Shown here: positions 40,658 through 51,465 of the stretch, in pieces | How the letters are laid out: each line of letters starts with the position of its first letter | Position numbering within the stretch: the stretch's first letter is position 1 | DNA from: Coraliomargarita sp. | Lineage (GTDB): Bacteria; Verrucomicrobiota; Verrucomicrobiia; Opitutales; Coraliomargaritaceae | Direction of reading: 5' to 3' | DNA length: 64,000 nt | Assembly: GCA_965216325.1 (NCBI GenBank) | Contig: OZ244160.1 | Span: 1,952,001-2,016,000 of the forward strand | Made by a program: the position numbers and the translations under genes | The notes under the pieces: generated by a model | Database searches by the model: none | Told to the model about the DNA's origin: nothing | The model's input: the letters and a program-made list of their open reading frames with translations, nothing else

Positions 40658-42328
40658 ATGCTCGTTCGCTGCTTATTTTTTTTACTCGCGCCTGTGCTCT
40701 GTGCGTCTGCGGCACAACCGAAGTTGGTCTTACAAATTACGGTTGATCAATTACGTGGCGATCAGTTGACCCGTTTTGTGGATCGTATGCCGGAGGGCGG
40801 ATTTCGTTATTTTCTGGATCAGGGCCTAGTGTATGCGGATGCGCATCATCCGCATGCGAATACAGAAACGATCGTTGGGCATGCGACGCTGGCGACTGGT
40901 GCCTATCCCTCGGTGCATGGCATGATTGGCAATATTTGGTTTGATCGGGAGTCGGGGCAGACGACCTATAACATTGAAGATCCGAATTATTCGTTGCTGA
41001 CTGCGGATGCAGACGTGGATGATGCGACCGAAATCGATCCGACTCAGCGGGCGGCAAATACAGATGGACGCTCACCGATGGCATTATTGTCATCGACTTT
41101 TGCCGATGAGCTGGCGGTGCGCACCGCTGGTCGGGCCAAGATTTTTGGTGTTTCGGTTAAAGATCGCGGTGCGGTTTCCATGGCAGGTCATGCGGGCAAG
41201 GCGTTCTGGTTTTCCAAGCAAGCGGGCGAATTTGTCACCAGCACGTATTACTATGATGCCTATCCGGACTGGGTGGTGCAGTGGAATGCCGCGAAGCCGA
41301 CTGCACGCTATGCGGGAGAGTCGTGGACCTTGCTACATGAGCCTTCGACCTACCTCTATGCAGATCGCGATGATCAGCAGTGGGAAACGTCACTTCCTGG
41401 CTATGGGCGGACCTTCCCGCATGCCTTTGGCACTGCTGACAGCGGGGGCTTTACGACGTATCTGACGCTCAGTCCCGCGGGTGACCAGATGACCTTGGAA
41501 TTTGCCAAGGAATTGATTGAACAGGAGGGCATTGGAGATGATGCGGTGACGGACTACCTGTCAGTCAGTTTCTCATCGACGGACTATGTTGGTCACATTT
41601 TCGGGCCATCCAGTTTGGAGGCGGAGGACAATTTATTACAGCTTGATCGGATACTGGCTGACCTGCTGGCTTACATCGACGAGCGTATTGGTTTGGCTAA
41701 TACATTGATCGTGCTTTCGTCCGACCATGGTGGGCCGGAGGCGCCCGGTGCCTTGCAGGAGTTTGGATTTGGTGTGAACTATGTGGAGCCCGACTCTTGG
41801 GATAAGTCCGCTGCCTTTAAACGCTTGAAGGAGCGCTTTGGTGTCGGCGAAACACTGATAGAGACCTATGCGCACCCGTATGTGTATTTGAATCAGGATG
41901 CGATTCGTGAGCACCAACTGGATCCGGTTGAAGTGCAGCGTGCGGTGGCTGCGGAGCTGCATAAGTTCGAGGGGGTTGCGCTGGCAGTTGCCAGTCAGGA
42001 TTTAACCACGGGCAATGTGCCTGAGACTCCCTTGCACCGTGCGGTCTTGAATAATTACCATCTGAAGCGCTCGGGCGATGTCTATGTCGTCTACGAGCCA
42101 CAGTGGTTCATCGCTGACTTCGATGGCTTGCATGTGGCCTGCACGCATGGATCGCCCTGGCGTTACGATACCTATGTGCCGATCATTTTTGCGGGCGCTA
42201 AGGTTCAGCCGCAGACGGTCTACCGGCGTGTTGAAACCGTCGATATTGCCGCGACACTTTCTGCCTATCTCGGCATGCAGGCGCCGTCCGGCTGTGTCGG
42301 TCAGGTGCTCCCTGAAGTTTTTGAATAA
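40658..42328 (+). CDS. Alkaline phosphatase superfamily enzyme (PafA-like, Thr nucleophile)
   Basis: VDQLRGD, TETIVGHATLATG, SVKDRGA, DYVGH, SDHG, THGSPWRYDTYVP. Confidence 0.88.
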   Translation: MLVRCLFFLLAPVLCASAAQPKLVLQITVDQLRGDQLTRFVDRMPEGGFRYFLDQGLVYADAHHPHANTETIVGHATLATGAYPSVHGMIGNIWFDRESGQTTYNIEDPNYSLLTADADVDDATEIDPTQRAANTDGRSPMALLSSTFADELAVRTAGRAKIFGVSVKDRGAVSMAGHAGKAFWFSKQAGEFVTSTYYYDAYPDWVVQWNAAKPTARYAGESWTLLHEPSTYLYADRDDQQWETSLPGYGRTFPHAFGTADSGGFTTYLTLSPAGDQMTLEFAKELIEQEGIGDDAVTDYLSVSFSSTDYVGHIFGPSSLEAEDNLLQLDRILADLLAYIDERIGLANTLIVLSSDHGGPEAPGALQEFGFGVNYVEPDSWDKSAAFKRLKERFGVGETLIETYAHPYVYLNQDAIREHQLDPVEVQRAVAAELHKFEGVALAVASQDLTTGNVPETPLHRAVLNNYHLKRSGDVYVVYEPQWFIADFDGLHVACTHGSPWRYDTYVPIIFAGAKVQPQTVYRRVETVDIAATLSAYLGMQAPSGCVGQVLPEVFE

Positions 42329-42387
42329 GTCTTTTGCCGCCTCTCTGCTTTGTAGGCGCGAATCTAAACCAACTAACACGAGTCGTA

Positions 42388-43941
42388 ATGATGAAATCCA
42401 AACTACTGATTGCAGCGGGCTTGCTTGGGTCTGCGAGCTTCGGCTTTGCTGCCGATAAACCCAATATTCTGGTGATCTGGGGCGACGATGTCGGCCAGAG
42501 TAACATCAGCGCTTATACACGTGGGATGATGGGCTACACCACCCCAAACATCGACCGCATTGCCAACGAAGGCATCATTTTCACCGACTACTATGGTGAG
42601 CAATCCTGCACGGCGGGGCGCTCCTCCTTTATTCTTGGCCAGAGTGTGTTCCGCACAGGTCTATCCAAGGTCGGTCTGCCGGGAGCGAAGGAGGGCATCA
42701 ATGAGCTGGACCCAACCATTGCAGTTCTGCTCAAGGATCAAGGCTACATGACCGGTCAATTTGGTAAAAATCATTTGGGAGACCGCGACGAGCATTTGCC
42801 GACCAACCATGGATTCGACGAATTCTACGGGAATCTCTACCACCTCAATGCGGAGGAAGAGCCTGAGAATGAGGACTATCCGACAGACCCCGCCTTCCGT
42901 GAGCGTTTTGGTCCTCGTGGTGTGATCAAGTCCTATGCGGACGGGCGCATTGAAGATACGGGTCCGCTGACCAAGAAGCGCATGGAAACCGTCGATGACG
43001 ACACCGCCGCGACGGCGATTGATTTTATCCGTCGTGCCGAGGCTGCTGGCAAACCATGGTTTGTCTGGTGGAGCGGCACGCGTATGCACTTTCGCACACA
43101 CGTGAGCGACGAGAAGATGGCCCAGATCAAAGCAAAGTATCCACAGGCCGATGAATACACCTGCGGCATGCTTGAGCACGACATGCATATTGGCCAATTC
43201 CTCGAAGTGATCGATGAGCTCGGTATCGCCGACAACACGATCATTCACTATTCGACTGACAACGGTCCGCACTACAACACATGGCCGGATGCGGCTGCGA
43301 CGCCGTTCCGTGGTGAAAAGAACACCAATTGGGAGGGCGGTTGGCGCGTGCCGTGCATGGTTCGTTGGCCGGGCGTGGTCGAGCCGGGCTCGATCAGTAA
43401 CGGAATTGTTCACCATATGGACTGGTTGCCTACCTTTCTTGCGGCTGCGGGTAAGACGGATATGAAGGAAGACCTGTTGGATGGTTATACCTCAAGTGCC
43501 TTGGGGCGTGACTATAAGGTTCACCTCGATGGCTATGACATGACCGAGCACCTGAAAAATCCGCAAGGGACTGAGAGCCCGCGAAATGAGATCTTTTATT
43601 TCTCGGATGACGGAGATTTGACTGCGCTGCGCTATAAGCAATGGAAAGCAATCTTTATGGAGCAAAAGTATGAGGCCGGTTTCCGCGCGTGGATGGAGCC
43701 ATTCACACCACTGCGTGTGCCGATGATCCTCAATCTGCGTCGCGACCCGTATGAGCGGGCACCGCTTACTTCCAACACCTACTACGACTGGATGCTGGAT
43801 CGCGTCTTCTTGCTGGTTCCGGCACAGGCCTACGTGGGCGACTTCCTGAAGACTTTCCAAGAATATCCGCCGCGTATGAAGGCGGCGAGCTTCTCGCTCG
43901 ATCAGGTCATGGAAATGATGTCTAAGCCGGCGCAGAATTAG
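42388..43941 (+). CDS. Exported arylsulfatase-family protein (Cys-type), paralog of 24793-26355
   Basis: KPNILVIWGDD, SCTAGR, GKNHLG, NLYHLNAEEEPE, STDNG. Confidence 0.93.
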   Translation: MMKSKLLIAAGLLGSASFGFAADKPNILVIWGDDVGQSNISAYTRGMMGYTTPNIDRIANEGIIFTDYYGEQSCTAGRSSFILGQSVFRTGLSKVGLPGAKEGINELDPTIAVLLKDQGYMTGQFGKNHLGDRDEHLPTNHGFDEFYGNLYHLNAEEEPENEDYPTDPAFRERFGPRGVIKSYADGRIEDTGPLTKKRMETVDDDTAATAIDFIRRAEAAGKPWFVWWSGTRMHFRTHVSDEKMAQIKAKYPQADEYTCGMLEHDMHIGQFLEVIDELGIADNTIIHYSTDNGPHYNTWPDAAATPFRGEKNTNWEGGWRVPCMVRWPGVVEPGSISNGIVHHMDWLPTFLAAAGKTDMKEDLLDGYTSSALGRDYKVHLDGYDMTEHLKNPQGTESPRNEIFYFSDDGDLTALRYKQWKAIFMEQKYEAGFRAWMEPFTPLRVPMILNLRRDPYERAPLTSNTYYDWMLDRVFLLVPAQAYVGDFLKTFQEYPPRMKAASFSLDQVMEMMSKPAQN

Positions 43942-43955
43942 CCCGACTACTTCTC

Positions 43956-43987
43956 AGCCGCGCCTCTCGACGAGGCGCGGCTTTTTT
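43956..43987 (+). terminator. Intrinsic terminator
   Basis: AGCCGCGCCTC/GAGGCGCGGCT stem plus T-run. Confidence 0.85.
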
Positions 43988-43997
43988 GTGTAATCTC

Positions 43998-44290
43998 GTA
44001 GCGCACAGCTTTAGCAAGCGTTTCGCTGTGTAGCAGCATTGTGGAATTTCCCTTCTCACTATTGGGCCCATCAAATTGAACTCCCCTCCTTGGCGAGGAG
44101 GGGTGCCCGAAGGGCGGGGTGGTGTGTCACGTCTGCTCGCGTATTAGTGGAGGTGGATTTGTTTGTAGCGGATACGAACAGTGCGGCTCGGCTGGTTCTA
44201 CTAAGAAGCTGGGTGTTAAAGACCACCTCACTTGGCAAGCACCCAAAGGGCATTCCACAAGTGACCCCACCTTCAAAAGGAGGGGAGCTT
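43998..44290. repeat. Family D REP arm plus a long CCCCTCCT-type inverted element (44079-44290)
   Basis: CTCCCCTCCTTGGCGAGGAGGGGTG..GGGGTGGT ... ACCACCTC..ACCCCACCTTCAAAAGGAGGGGAG. Confidence 0.75.
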
Positions 44291-44375
44291 TCTGGGAGGC
44301 TTGTTTTTGGGCGCCGACTTTTTATTCTGCCAAGGCTTGCATGCCGCGAAATACTCTTTTTGCTCCTCCGCTAAC

Positions 44376-45539
44376 ATGGCAACCAAGACTCAAGAAGGAA
44401 TCATCGCATTTGCAGACGGAACTATCTTCCGTGGTCGCGCTTTTGGCGCAGTCGCTACAAATGTGGGCGAAGCTTGCTTCAACACCAGTATGACTGGTTA
44501 TCAGGAGATTTTGACCGATCCCTCCTATTTCTCGCAGATCGTCACGATGACTGCGGTGCAAGTGGGCAATTACGGGATCAATCCTGAGGACATTGAGTCC
44601 GATGGCCCAAAGGTTAAGGGCTTCATCGTTCGCGAAGTCAGCCCGGTTGCCAGTAACTGGCGCAGCAACCAGTCGATTCAGGAGTATCTCGAAGCAGCGG
44701 GCATCCCTGGTGTCGAAGGTGTGGACACACGTGCGATCACCAAGAAGCTCCGCGTTGCGGGTGCCATGAACGCCTGCATCACTACGGAAGGCCTCTCCGA
44801 TGAGGAAGCGATTCAGCGTGCCAAAGATTTCGGCGGCCTCGTGGGTGTCGACTTCGTCAAGGAAGTCACCGCGAAGGAAGCCTATCACTGGGATCCTGAA
44901 ATGAAGGAATCCAAGCCGTTCACCGTGGTTGGCACCGACCTTCTCGGCGAACAGCCCGAGCAGCCACGCTTCAAAGTCGCTGCGATGGACTTCGGCGCGA
45001 AGTTTTCCATCTACCGCAAGCTCCAGCACCACGGCTTCGACGTGCACGTCTTCCCGGCGACTGCGTCCGCTGATGACATCCGTGCGATCCAGCCGGACGG
45101 TGTCTTCCTTTCCAATGGTCCGGGTGACCCAGCGGCAGTGGGCTACGCACACGCAACCGTGAAGGAACTGATCGAGGAATACCCAACCTTTGGTATTTGC
45201 CTCGGCCACCAGATCATCACCCACGCGCTCGGTGCAAAGACCTTCAAGCTCAAGTTTGGACACCGCGGTGGTAACCAGCCAGTGAAGAATCTTGAGACTG
45301 GCAAGGTGTCCATCACTTCCCAGAATCACGGCTTCGCATCCACTCGTGAAGAGCTCGAAAGCTGCGGTGCGATCGTGACGGAGATCAACCTGAATGACCA
45401 AACCGTCGAAGGTCTTCGTCTCAAGGACAAGCCGGTCTTTTCCGTGCAATACCACCCAGAAGCCGCACCTGGCCCGAACGACGCAGATCCGCTCTTCGTT
45501 CAGTTCTACAAGAACGTGAAGGCACACGTTGCCAAGTAA
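44376..45539 (+). CDS. carA: Carbamoyl-phosphate synthase small subunit
   Basis: [48 protein letters not shown]. Confidence 0.97.
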   Translation: MATKTQEGIIAFADGTIFRGRAFGAVATNVGEACFNTSMTGYQEILTDPSYFSQIVTMTAVQVGNYGINPEDIESDGPKVKGFIVREVSPVASNWRSNQSIQEYLEAAGIPGVEGVDTRAITKKLRVAGAMNACITTEGLSDEEAIQRAKDFGGLVGVDFVKEVTAKEAYHWDPEMKESKPFTVVGTDLLGEQPEQPRFKVAAMDFGAKFSIYRKLQHHGFDVHVFPATASADDIRAIQPDGVFLSNGPGDPAAVGYAHATVKELIEEYPTFGICLGHQIITHALGAKTFKLKFGHRGGNQPVKNLETGKVSITSQNHGFASTREELESCGAIVTEINLNDQTVEGLRLKDKPVFSVQYHPEAAPGPNDADPLFVQFYKNVKAHVAK

Positions 45540-45560
45540 GCGAGCTAGCTCAGACTTTTC

Positions 45561-45596
45561 AAAAACGCGGCCTTCTTTCGAGGGGCTGCGTTTTTT
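45561..45596. terminator. Bidirectional intrinsic terminator after carA
   Basis: AAAAACGCGGCCTT-CTTTCG-AGGGGCTGCGTTTTTT. Confidence 0.85.
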
Positions 45597-45606
45597 GTGT
45601 CTGTTT

Positions 45607-45679
45607 GGGTAGGGCTCGTTATCCTTAACGAGCCGCAAGGTCGGGCTGGAGCGGTTCGATAGGGATATCGAACCCTACC
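45607..45679. repeat. Family A REP inverted pair
   Basis: GGGTAGGGCTCGTTATCCTTAACGAGCCG ... CGGTTCGATAGGGATATCGAACCCTACC. Confidence 0.85.
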
Positions 45680-45855
45680 TTCTTGGCTACTTATGCCCCT
45701 CCAGCCGAGCGATCTTTACGGCTTTGTTCTGCGCAAATGACGTCCATTGTAGTGTGCGTACTTGTGCGTCACTACCGAGCATCAGCACTCCAGCGTATTA
45801 GCTTCTCCATTACCGCACTGAGAAACTTGCGACCTAGGGCAAGTGGAGCACCTAT

Positions 45856-46221
45856 TTAGCGCGCTTTAAACGCACATCCCAATTCTGCCGCGATTGCATG
45901 CAGCCGTCGGTGATTACTCCAGAGAAGGCTTCCGTGGATGCGGCAACTGGCGAGTAGATGAATGTCGATCAGGCCTATGCCACGTCCCATTAACTTGTGC
46001 TGTTCAATAAAGAAGAGAGCTTCGTTGTTTTCAGCCGGCCCTAAGCTGGGGAGGGCATGCAGCAGGCTGATAATTTCTTTGCGCTTTTTGAATTCACCGC
46101 AGGCGAGTTCGCCGATGACGAATGGATGGACACAGACTTGCTGATCACTCAGCAAATCGGACAGTGTTGAGTTGGAGCGCTTGAAATGATCGATCCAAAC
46201 AGACGTGTCAACGAGCAGCAT
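45856..46221 (-). CDS. vapC: VapC PIN-domain toxin
   Basis: LVDTSVWID, GELACG, GIGLIDIHLLAS; TAATG coupling to the antitoxin. Confidence 0.9.
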   Translation of the reverse strand: MLLVDTSVWIDHFKRSNSTLSDLLSDQQVCVHPFVIGELACGEFKKRKEIISLLHALPSLGPAENNEALFFIEQHKLMGRGIGLIDIHLLASCRIHGSLLWSNHRRLHAIAAELGCAFKAR

Positions 46222-46412
46222 TAGGCAGGTCGGCGGCGTGGAATCTGTTTTGCACTTGGCTCAGAGCCTCCGAGTGCTGCAAGGCGCTCGGCCGAGTGCT
46301 TGGCAATCAATGCCTCAAGCCCGAGCCGCACCAATGCTGTTTTTTCGCTGATGCCCGTGAGCTTGGAAGCTTTATTGAGGGTGGCATCATCGATGTTGAG
46401 TGTAGTTTTCAT
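46221..46412 (-). CDS. vapB: VapB-family antitoxin
   Basis: MKTTLNIDD..EKTALVRLGLEALI..LAALGGSEP..PRRR. Confidence 0.88.
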   Translation of the reverse strand: MKTTLNIDDATLNKASKLTGISEKTALVRLGLEALIAKHSAERLAALGGSEPSAKQIPRRRPA

Positions 46413-46538
46413 GCATATGAGTATGGCTATTTGATATGTATCGTCAATGTCGATGATGAGAGGGATTCGATAGCAAGTGTTTTCGCACTTACTCAACGTA
46501 GGCATGGTGGTGCAACTGCGAAGCAGTTTCGATTGAGT

Positions 46539-48002
46539 TCAATACCGCTCCAACCGTGCAATCTTCACCGTCTGTCCCGCTTCAAGTTCGGTTTCGGGGC
46601 TAAGATCATTAACCAGTGCCGTGTAGCTGGCATCCCAGCTGTTGCCCGTGCGGGCGCCGAGCTCGGCGAGCGTCTCGCCGGCTTGAGCCTTGGCAATGCG
46701 CAGGCGCAGGCCAGTGATGGACTCGTGCTCGGTGCTGGTGAGTTCGCGGAGCGAGCGGGCGGATTCGCGGAGCGCTTGGCGTTGGCGATCATCGCCGAGT
46801 GCGGTGATTTGGAAGGTGCGTTTGCCGACTTCGACCCAGCCCATGTGCAGGTAGATCGGCATACGGGAGCGCTTGATTAGGTAGGTCACGATGTAGATGG
46901 TCTGGCCGCCCATTTGTTGCTCCTGCAGGTCAACGGGTTGGATGCGGCCCTCCTGATACAGCTGCTGGACAAAAATCTCACGCAACTGCTCGGGTGTATG
47001 GGGCGCTTCGACCATCGCCAGAATGATGGCGCCTTGTTGCTTCGGTTCGACCGCAGCGACTTGCGTGGGGGTATTGAGCGTGACCCAGCCTTCGGGGAAG
47101 CGCATGGTCACATTCAAGTCCGGATGCAGGAAGCGTTCCTCGCGGAAAATGCCTGCGCCCGGGTTCACGCCCCACCACAGGCCATCGAGTTTGGCGTAGA
47201 AGCTCTCAGTGTCTTTGGCGATTGGCTTACGTGGGCCCAGCTCGGCTTCGTCGACCTGTTTCGAAATACGTCGCGTGCGCTCTTTAGTCATCGGGTGACT
47301 GTCGAAGATATTGAAGCGCTCTTCGTGTCCGCTGCTCAGTTCCACGTCCTGTTGGAGGCGTTGCAGAATGCTTGCGAGCTTGGACGGATCATAGCCCGCG
47401 CGGGCGGTGGTTTGCAGGCCGTATTCGTCGGCCTCGTTTTCGTGGCTGCGGCTGTAGCTGCTCAGCACGGCCCCGCCGACGGCATCGACCGGTAAATTAA
47501 TCAGGTTACCCAAGCCCTCGCTGAGCACGCCGCCGACCACATCGCCGGGTAGCGCCAGCACGCCGTGTAGCATCCCTTTTCGGTTTTGCTTGGACGCATG
47601 GCGACGCGTGACGTGAGCGATCTCGTGGGCGATCACCCCCGCGAGTTCGTCTTCGCTGCAGCTCAGCGCGAGCAGACCGCGCGAGACGTAGATCGGGCCG
47701 CCGGGGAGCGCGAAGGCATTGGGCGTGGCATCGTCGACAATTTTAAAGCTAAAATTCCAGTCAGGATCGCCGCTGGCCCGCGCCATTTTGAATCCCAGCT
47801 CATCGACATACTCGGCCGCCGCTGGCGAGGAGTGGTCGATCCCCATTTGGGCTTCAATCATCTGCGCGTATTGGGCACCGAGCTCGATGTCCTTCTGGCG
47901 GCCATTGAAACCGAAGTCCAGTAGTTGGGCCGGTAGCTGACTGCTGAGGAGTAGAGCGCTACAGGTCAGAGCAAGTTGATGAGATCCTGTCATTTGTTTC
48001 AA
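46539..48002 (-). CDS. Exported M48-family zinc metallopeptidase with a C-terminal LysM-like segment
   Basis: PNAFALPGG, ELAGVIAHEIAHV, YSRSHENEAD, DSHP. Confidence 0.9.
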   Translation of the reverse strand: MKQMTGSHQLALTCSALLLSSQLPAQLLDFGFNGRQKDIELGAQYAQMIEAQMGIDHSSPAAAEYVDELGFKMARASGDPDWNFSFKIVDDATPNAFALPGGPIYVSRGLLALSCSEDELAGVIAHEIAHVTRRHASKQNRKGMLHGVLALPGDVVGGVLSEGLGNLINLPVDAVGGAVLSSYSRSHENEADEYGLQTTARAGYDPSKLASILQRLQQDVELSSGHEERFNIFDSHPMTKERTRRISKQVDEAELGPRKPIAKDTESFYAKLDGLWWGVNPGAGIFREERFLHPDLNVTMRFPEGWVTLNTPTQVAAVEPKQQGAIILAMVEAPHTPEQLREIFVQQLYQEGRIQPVDLQEQQMGGQTIYIVTYLIKRSRMPIYLHMGWVEVGKRTFQITALGDDRQRQALRESARSLRELTSTEHESITGLRLRIAKAQAGETLAELGARTGNSWDASYTALVNDLSPETELEAGQTVKIARLERY

Positions 48003-48030
48003 AGTAACTGGGCTCAGTGAAAGTCAACGA

Positions 48031-49629
48031 CTAGGCGGGCTCTGCTGGCTCGAGCTCCGGTTTGGGCAAGTTGGCATCCATCCATTCGATGAGTGCTGCA
48101 GTGGCTGCGGGCGCAGTTTCGACTGCGATACCTCCACCGGCGCGCACATTGACAGTTTCGTTTGGTTCAAAGGTACGCACGATCACTGTGGCGCGCGAGT
48201 CTTTCAAGTAGTTGAGTGCCTGTTTGACGTCACTGGTGCGGCGCATGGAGCAGAGCACGATGCAGGCTTCGCGTGCGTTGGCTTGTGCCAGCACATGTGT
48301 GGCAGCGCCGTCACCTTGAATGCAGTGCACGCCCTTTGCTGCGAGTTTGCGGATGATGGCCGCATCGTCGTCCACCACGGTGGTTTCGATGCCTGCCGCG
48401 TTGAGACTGCGCAGTGCGGTTGGACCGGCGCGGCCATAGCCGAGCAGCACCGCGTGGTTCATCAGCTCGCGCGTCTTGGTTTCCCCTTTGCGGTAGCGGG
48501 GGTGTAGGTTCATTAGCCACCAGGCAATCGGCGCGCGTGAGATAAAGGGGGTCAGTGTCATTGTGCTGACGGTGATCAGGGCGATCATCGAGAACAGTTG
48601 CTCGGTGATCTGACCGGATGCCACGCCGATGAATGCCAGCAGCAGTGAGAACTCGCTGGTTTGCGAGAGTAGAATACCCGCTTCAATCGCGACGCGTGTG
48701 GAGTAGCCCACGGATTCGGCAACCACGGTGACCAGAATCACGGTGACGACGATGAGCACTGCGATGAAGATGACGCTGTGTTGCAGTATACTCCAATCGG
48801 GGAGCACCATCGCGCAACCAATCGCGATGAAGAACAAGGCAAGGAAGAAGCCGGAGAGCGAGGTTAACATGCCCCGCACGAGTCCATTCATCGGGAAGGC
48901 GGAAAGTGCAAAGCCGGCAAAGAAGGCGCCGACCAAGAATGGCAGATCAAGTAGCCAAGCCATGCCGGAAAAGGCGAACAGCATTGCAAGGGCTCCCAGC
49001 ATCAACTCCTCCTCATCGAGTTTCAATGATCGGGTGACCCATGGCACGAACCATCGGTGTGCGGCCACTGCGAGAATGCCTAGTGCCGCTGTTTCGCCGA
49101 CGCTCTCGATGACTTTCCATGCGCCATCGGGCGCTTTGCTGAGTGCAACGAGGAGCAGAATAATTAACACGTCCTGAATCAGCAGCACGCCGAGCACCAG
49201 CCGTCCATAGGGCTCAAACAATTGCCGTCGTTGTTGCAGGTGGCGCACCACGACGAGTGTCGAACTGGCGGACAAGGCGCAGCCCAAATAGAGAGCGGTG
49301 GTCAGATCATAATCGAGCAGGAGAGCGGTCAGGAGTCCGGCCAAGCCCAGAATCAAGAACTGCACGGTGCCGAGAATCAGCACGGGGCGCAGTCGCCCAC
49401 TGAGTCGTTGTGGACTCAGATCCACACCCGCGGTAAACACCAAGACCGCAAGCCCGACCTCGGTCATTTCAAAGATCAGGTCGCGTGGGATCTCCGCACC
49501 CGTGTAGGTGAAGATCGCCTGCAGGCCGATGCCGGAGAGCATCAGTAGCGGGATCGGTGGGATCCGCAGCAAGCGCGCTAGGCCGAAGGCCAGAGCGGCC
49601 GCGATCAGGAGTATGGCAAAACCGGTCAT
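48031..49629 (-). CDS. CPA2/Kef-like cation:proton antiporter with TrkA-N domain
   Basis: [32 protein letters not shown]. Confidence 0.88.
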   Translation of the reverse strand: MTGFAILLIAAALAFGLARLLRIPPIPLLMLSGIGLQAIFTYTGAEIPRDLIFEMTEVGLAVLVFTAGVDLSPQRLSGRLRPVLILGTVQFLILGLAGLLTALLLDYDLTTALYLGCALSASSTLVVVRHLQQRRQLFEPYGRLVLGVLLIQDVLIILLLVALSKAPDGAWKVIESVGETAALGILAVAAHRWFVPWVTRSLKLDEEELMLGALAMLFAFSGMAWLLDLPFLVGAFFAGFALSAFPMNGLVRGMLTSLSGFFLALFFIAIGCAMVLPDWSILQHSVIFIAVLIVVTVILVTVVAESVGYSTRVAIEAGILLSQTSEFSLLLAFIGVASGQITEQLFSMIALITVSTMTLTPFISRAPIAWWLMNLHPRYRKGETKTRELMNHAVLLGYGRAGPTALRSLNAAGIETTVVDDDAAIIRKLAAKGVHCIQGDGAATHVLAQANAREACIVLCSMRRTSDVKQALNYLKDSRATVIVRTFEPNETVNVRAGGGIAVETAPAATAALIEWMDANLPKPELEPAEPA

Positions 49630-51380
49630 GCGGGTTCGGGTCCTCCTTTGGGCGTTGTGTCGGAGGCGGGACACTCTTGTCCCGCTCCATTTTGATGGTC
49701 CGCGTTTGCAGGCGGAGAGGAGTGTTCGCCCTCCGTTGTTGTTTTTGGTAGCCCTTCATCGCGAATCAGGCGGCGCTCAGCCACCGCGCCGTCGATCGCA
49801 GGCATCATCAGGTAGTTGACGTTCAGGTCCAGCAGGCCTTCCACCACGGAGTCATCAAAGGCATGGATTGCGCAGGGCACATCTGCTGCGCGGCAGCGAT
49901 AGGCCAACAAGTTATTCGCATCTTCGATTTGCAGTGCGGAGACGACTATCCGGGCGCGGCGTAGTCCGATCTCCTCGACTACGGAGTGATACTCCACATT
50001 GCCGATCATGGTAATGGCACCGCTCAGTCCACGCAGCTTCATGGGATCCGTGTCGATCGCGAGCACGGTTTCTCCGCGTTGCACGAGTTGTTTCACGATT
50101 TCGCGGCCCATCGCATTCATGCCGACCACGATCACATGGTCACTGCGGGTTTGATGCGCTTCCAGTTCGGTTTCCTCTCTGGCCCGCAGCAGGGCGAATA
50201 GCCCGCTCGACTTTGCCAGTTCGAATAAGGGATCGCTGTAGATAATCAGGTAGGACGAGATACTGATCGAAAGAATGCCAACCAGGCCACCGATGGCTGC
50301 GACTTCGGTGGAGACTAAGCCCGCGCCGTAGGCGAGTCCGAGCAGGATGAAGGAGAACTCACTCATTTGCCCACTCGCCACTGCAGTTTGGAAGCAAGTG
50401 TAGCGACTGAACTTGAGCTTGGAAAGAATAGCAAAGACCAGCAATGGCTTTGCCAGTAGCACGAAGAGGGTGAGGACCAAGGCCTTGCCCCAGATTGCGC
50501 CGAAAGACTCGAATTTGAGTTCCACGCCAAGCGTTACCAAGAACACCGCGATGAAGAAGGTCATGAGCGGGTGTAGGCGTCGATGTAGGTCCTCATGCAT
50601 GGGCAGCTGTGCGATGGCAATGCCCGCCAAGAAGGCGCCGACTTCAACTGATAGGTGGAAGGCGTGTGCCAGCAGCACCATTAGAAAGCACCAACAGAGC
50701 GCCCAGATGAATAGTGTATCCGGGAAGCGTGCCGCCCATGCGAAGGGCTTCGGCAGGATGTAGCGTGAGGCGAGAATCGCGACCGCGAGTAGTAGCAACA
50801 TTCCAGCGAAGGCGATACTCTCGTTGATGAGGATGCGCACGAGTGAGATCGACTCGGCCGCACCATCCAGGCCGCTGATGAGCGTCAGTGCTGCGATGAC
50901 GACGATGTCTTGAAAGAGAAAGAGGCCGACCGCGAGGCGGGCATAGAGCCGCTTCATGTCACCCTTCTGGTCGAGTAGTTTGATGACGACGACGGTGCTG
51001 CTGAAGGTTGCTGCGCCTGCGAGTAGAATCGCTTCCATCAGTCCAAAGCCCATCAGCAGCGACAGTCCGAGAGCTCCCAGGCAGGTGAGTAAGACTTGTA
51101 GCGACCCAAGTATCAGGGCCGGTTTACCGAGGTTACGGACTTTCTCGAAACTCAATTCCAGTCCGACCAAGAACAGCAGCAGGGCAATGCCTAGTTCGGA
51201 GATCAAATCCAAGGAGTCATCCATGAGCACCCAGCCGAAGCCGGGGCCAATCGCCATGCCAGCTAAAATGTAGGCAACCAGTGATGGCATGCGAATGAGT
51301 TTTCCGAGAAAGGCAAACACTGCTGCTGCAATGGCGATGTAGCCAAGGTCGAGAAGCAGGTGCAGATCGGGTTGTTCCAT
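49626..51380 (-). CDS. CPA2/Kef-like cation:proton antiporter with TrkA-N domain
   Basis: [42 protein letters not shown]. Confidence 0.9.
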   Translation of the reverse strand: MEQPDLHLLLDLGYIAIAAAVFAFLGKLIRMPSLVAYILAGMAIGPGFGWVLMDDSLDLISELGIALLLFLVGLELSFEKVRNLGKPALILGSLQVLLTCLGALGLSLLMGFGLMEAILLAGAATFSSTVVVIKLLDQKGDMKRLYARLAVGLFLFQDIVVIAALTLISGLDGAAESISLVRILINESIAFAGMLLLLAVAILASRYILPKPFAWAARFPDTLFIWALCWCFLMVLLAHAFHLSVEVGAFLAGIAIAQLPMHEDLHRRLHPLMTFFIAVFLVTLGVELKFESFGAIWGKALVLTLFVLLAKPLLVFAILSKLKFSRYTCFQTAVASGQMSEFSFILLGLAYGAGLVSTEVAAIGGLVGILSISISSYLIIYSDPLFELAKSSGLFALLRAREETELEAHQTRSDHVIVVGMNAMGREIVKQLVQRGETVLAIDTDPMKLRGLSGAITMIGNVEYHSVVEEIGLRRARIVVSALQIEDANNLLAYRCRAADVPCAIHAFDDSVVEGLLDLNVNYLMMPAIDGAVAERRLIRDEGLPKTTTEGEHSSPPANADHQNGAGQECPASDTTPKGGPEPA

Positions 51381-51465
51381 TACAGACGAACGTTGGTTCG
51401 ACATCCAGTCTGTGTGGGCATGGGCCTTTTGAAAACCCTAAAGCATCGCTGAGCCCGATAAAATG

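Noticed and set aside
44039..44374. Small ORFs or a pyrimidine attenuator upstream of carA
   Set aside because: The region is made of dispersed palindromic repeats; no recognisable PyrR-type site or terminator/antiterminator pair.
44376..45539. carA without carB, and trpE without trpG, as evidence of gene loss
   Set aside because: Dispersed biosynthetic genes are common, and partners may lie outside the window.
44322..45638. 438-aa ORF antisense to carA (also 17818-18567, 24844-25557, 42661-43416, 57883-58659, 12034-12708, 23117-23791)
   Set aside because: Shadow ORFs opposite well-supported genes with biased codon usage; no recognisable motifs.
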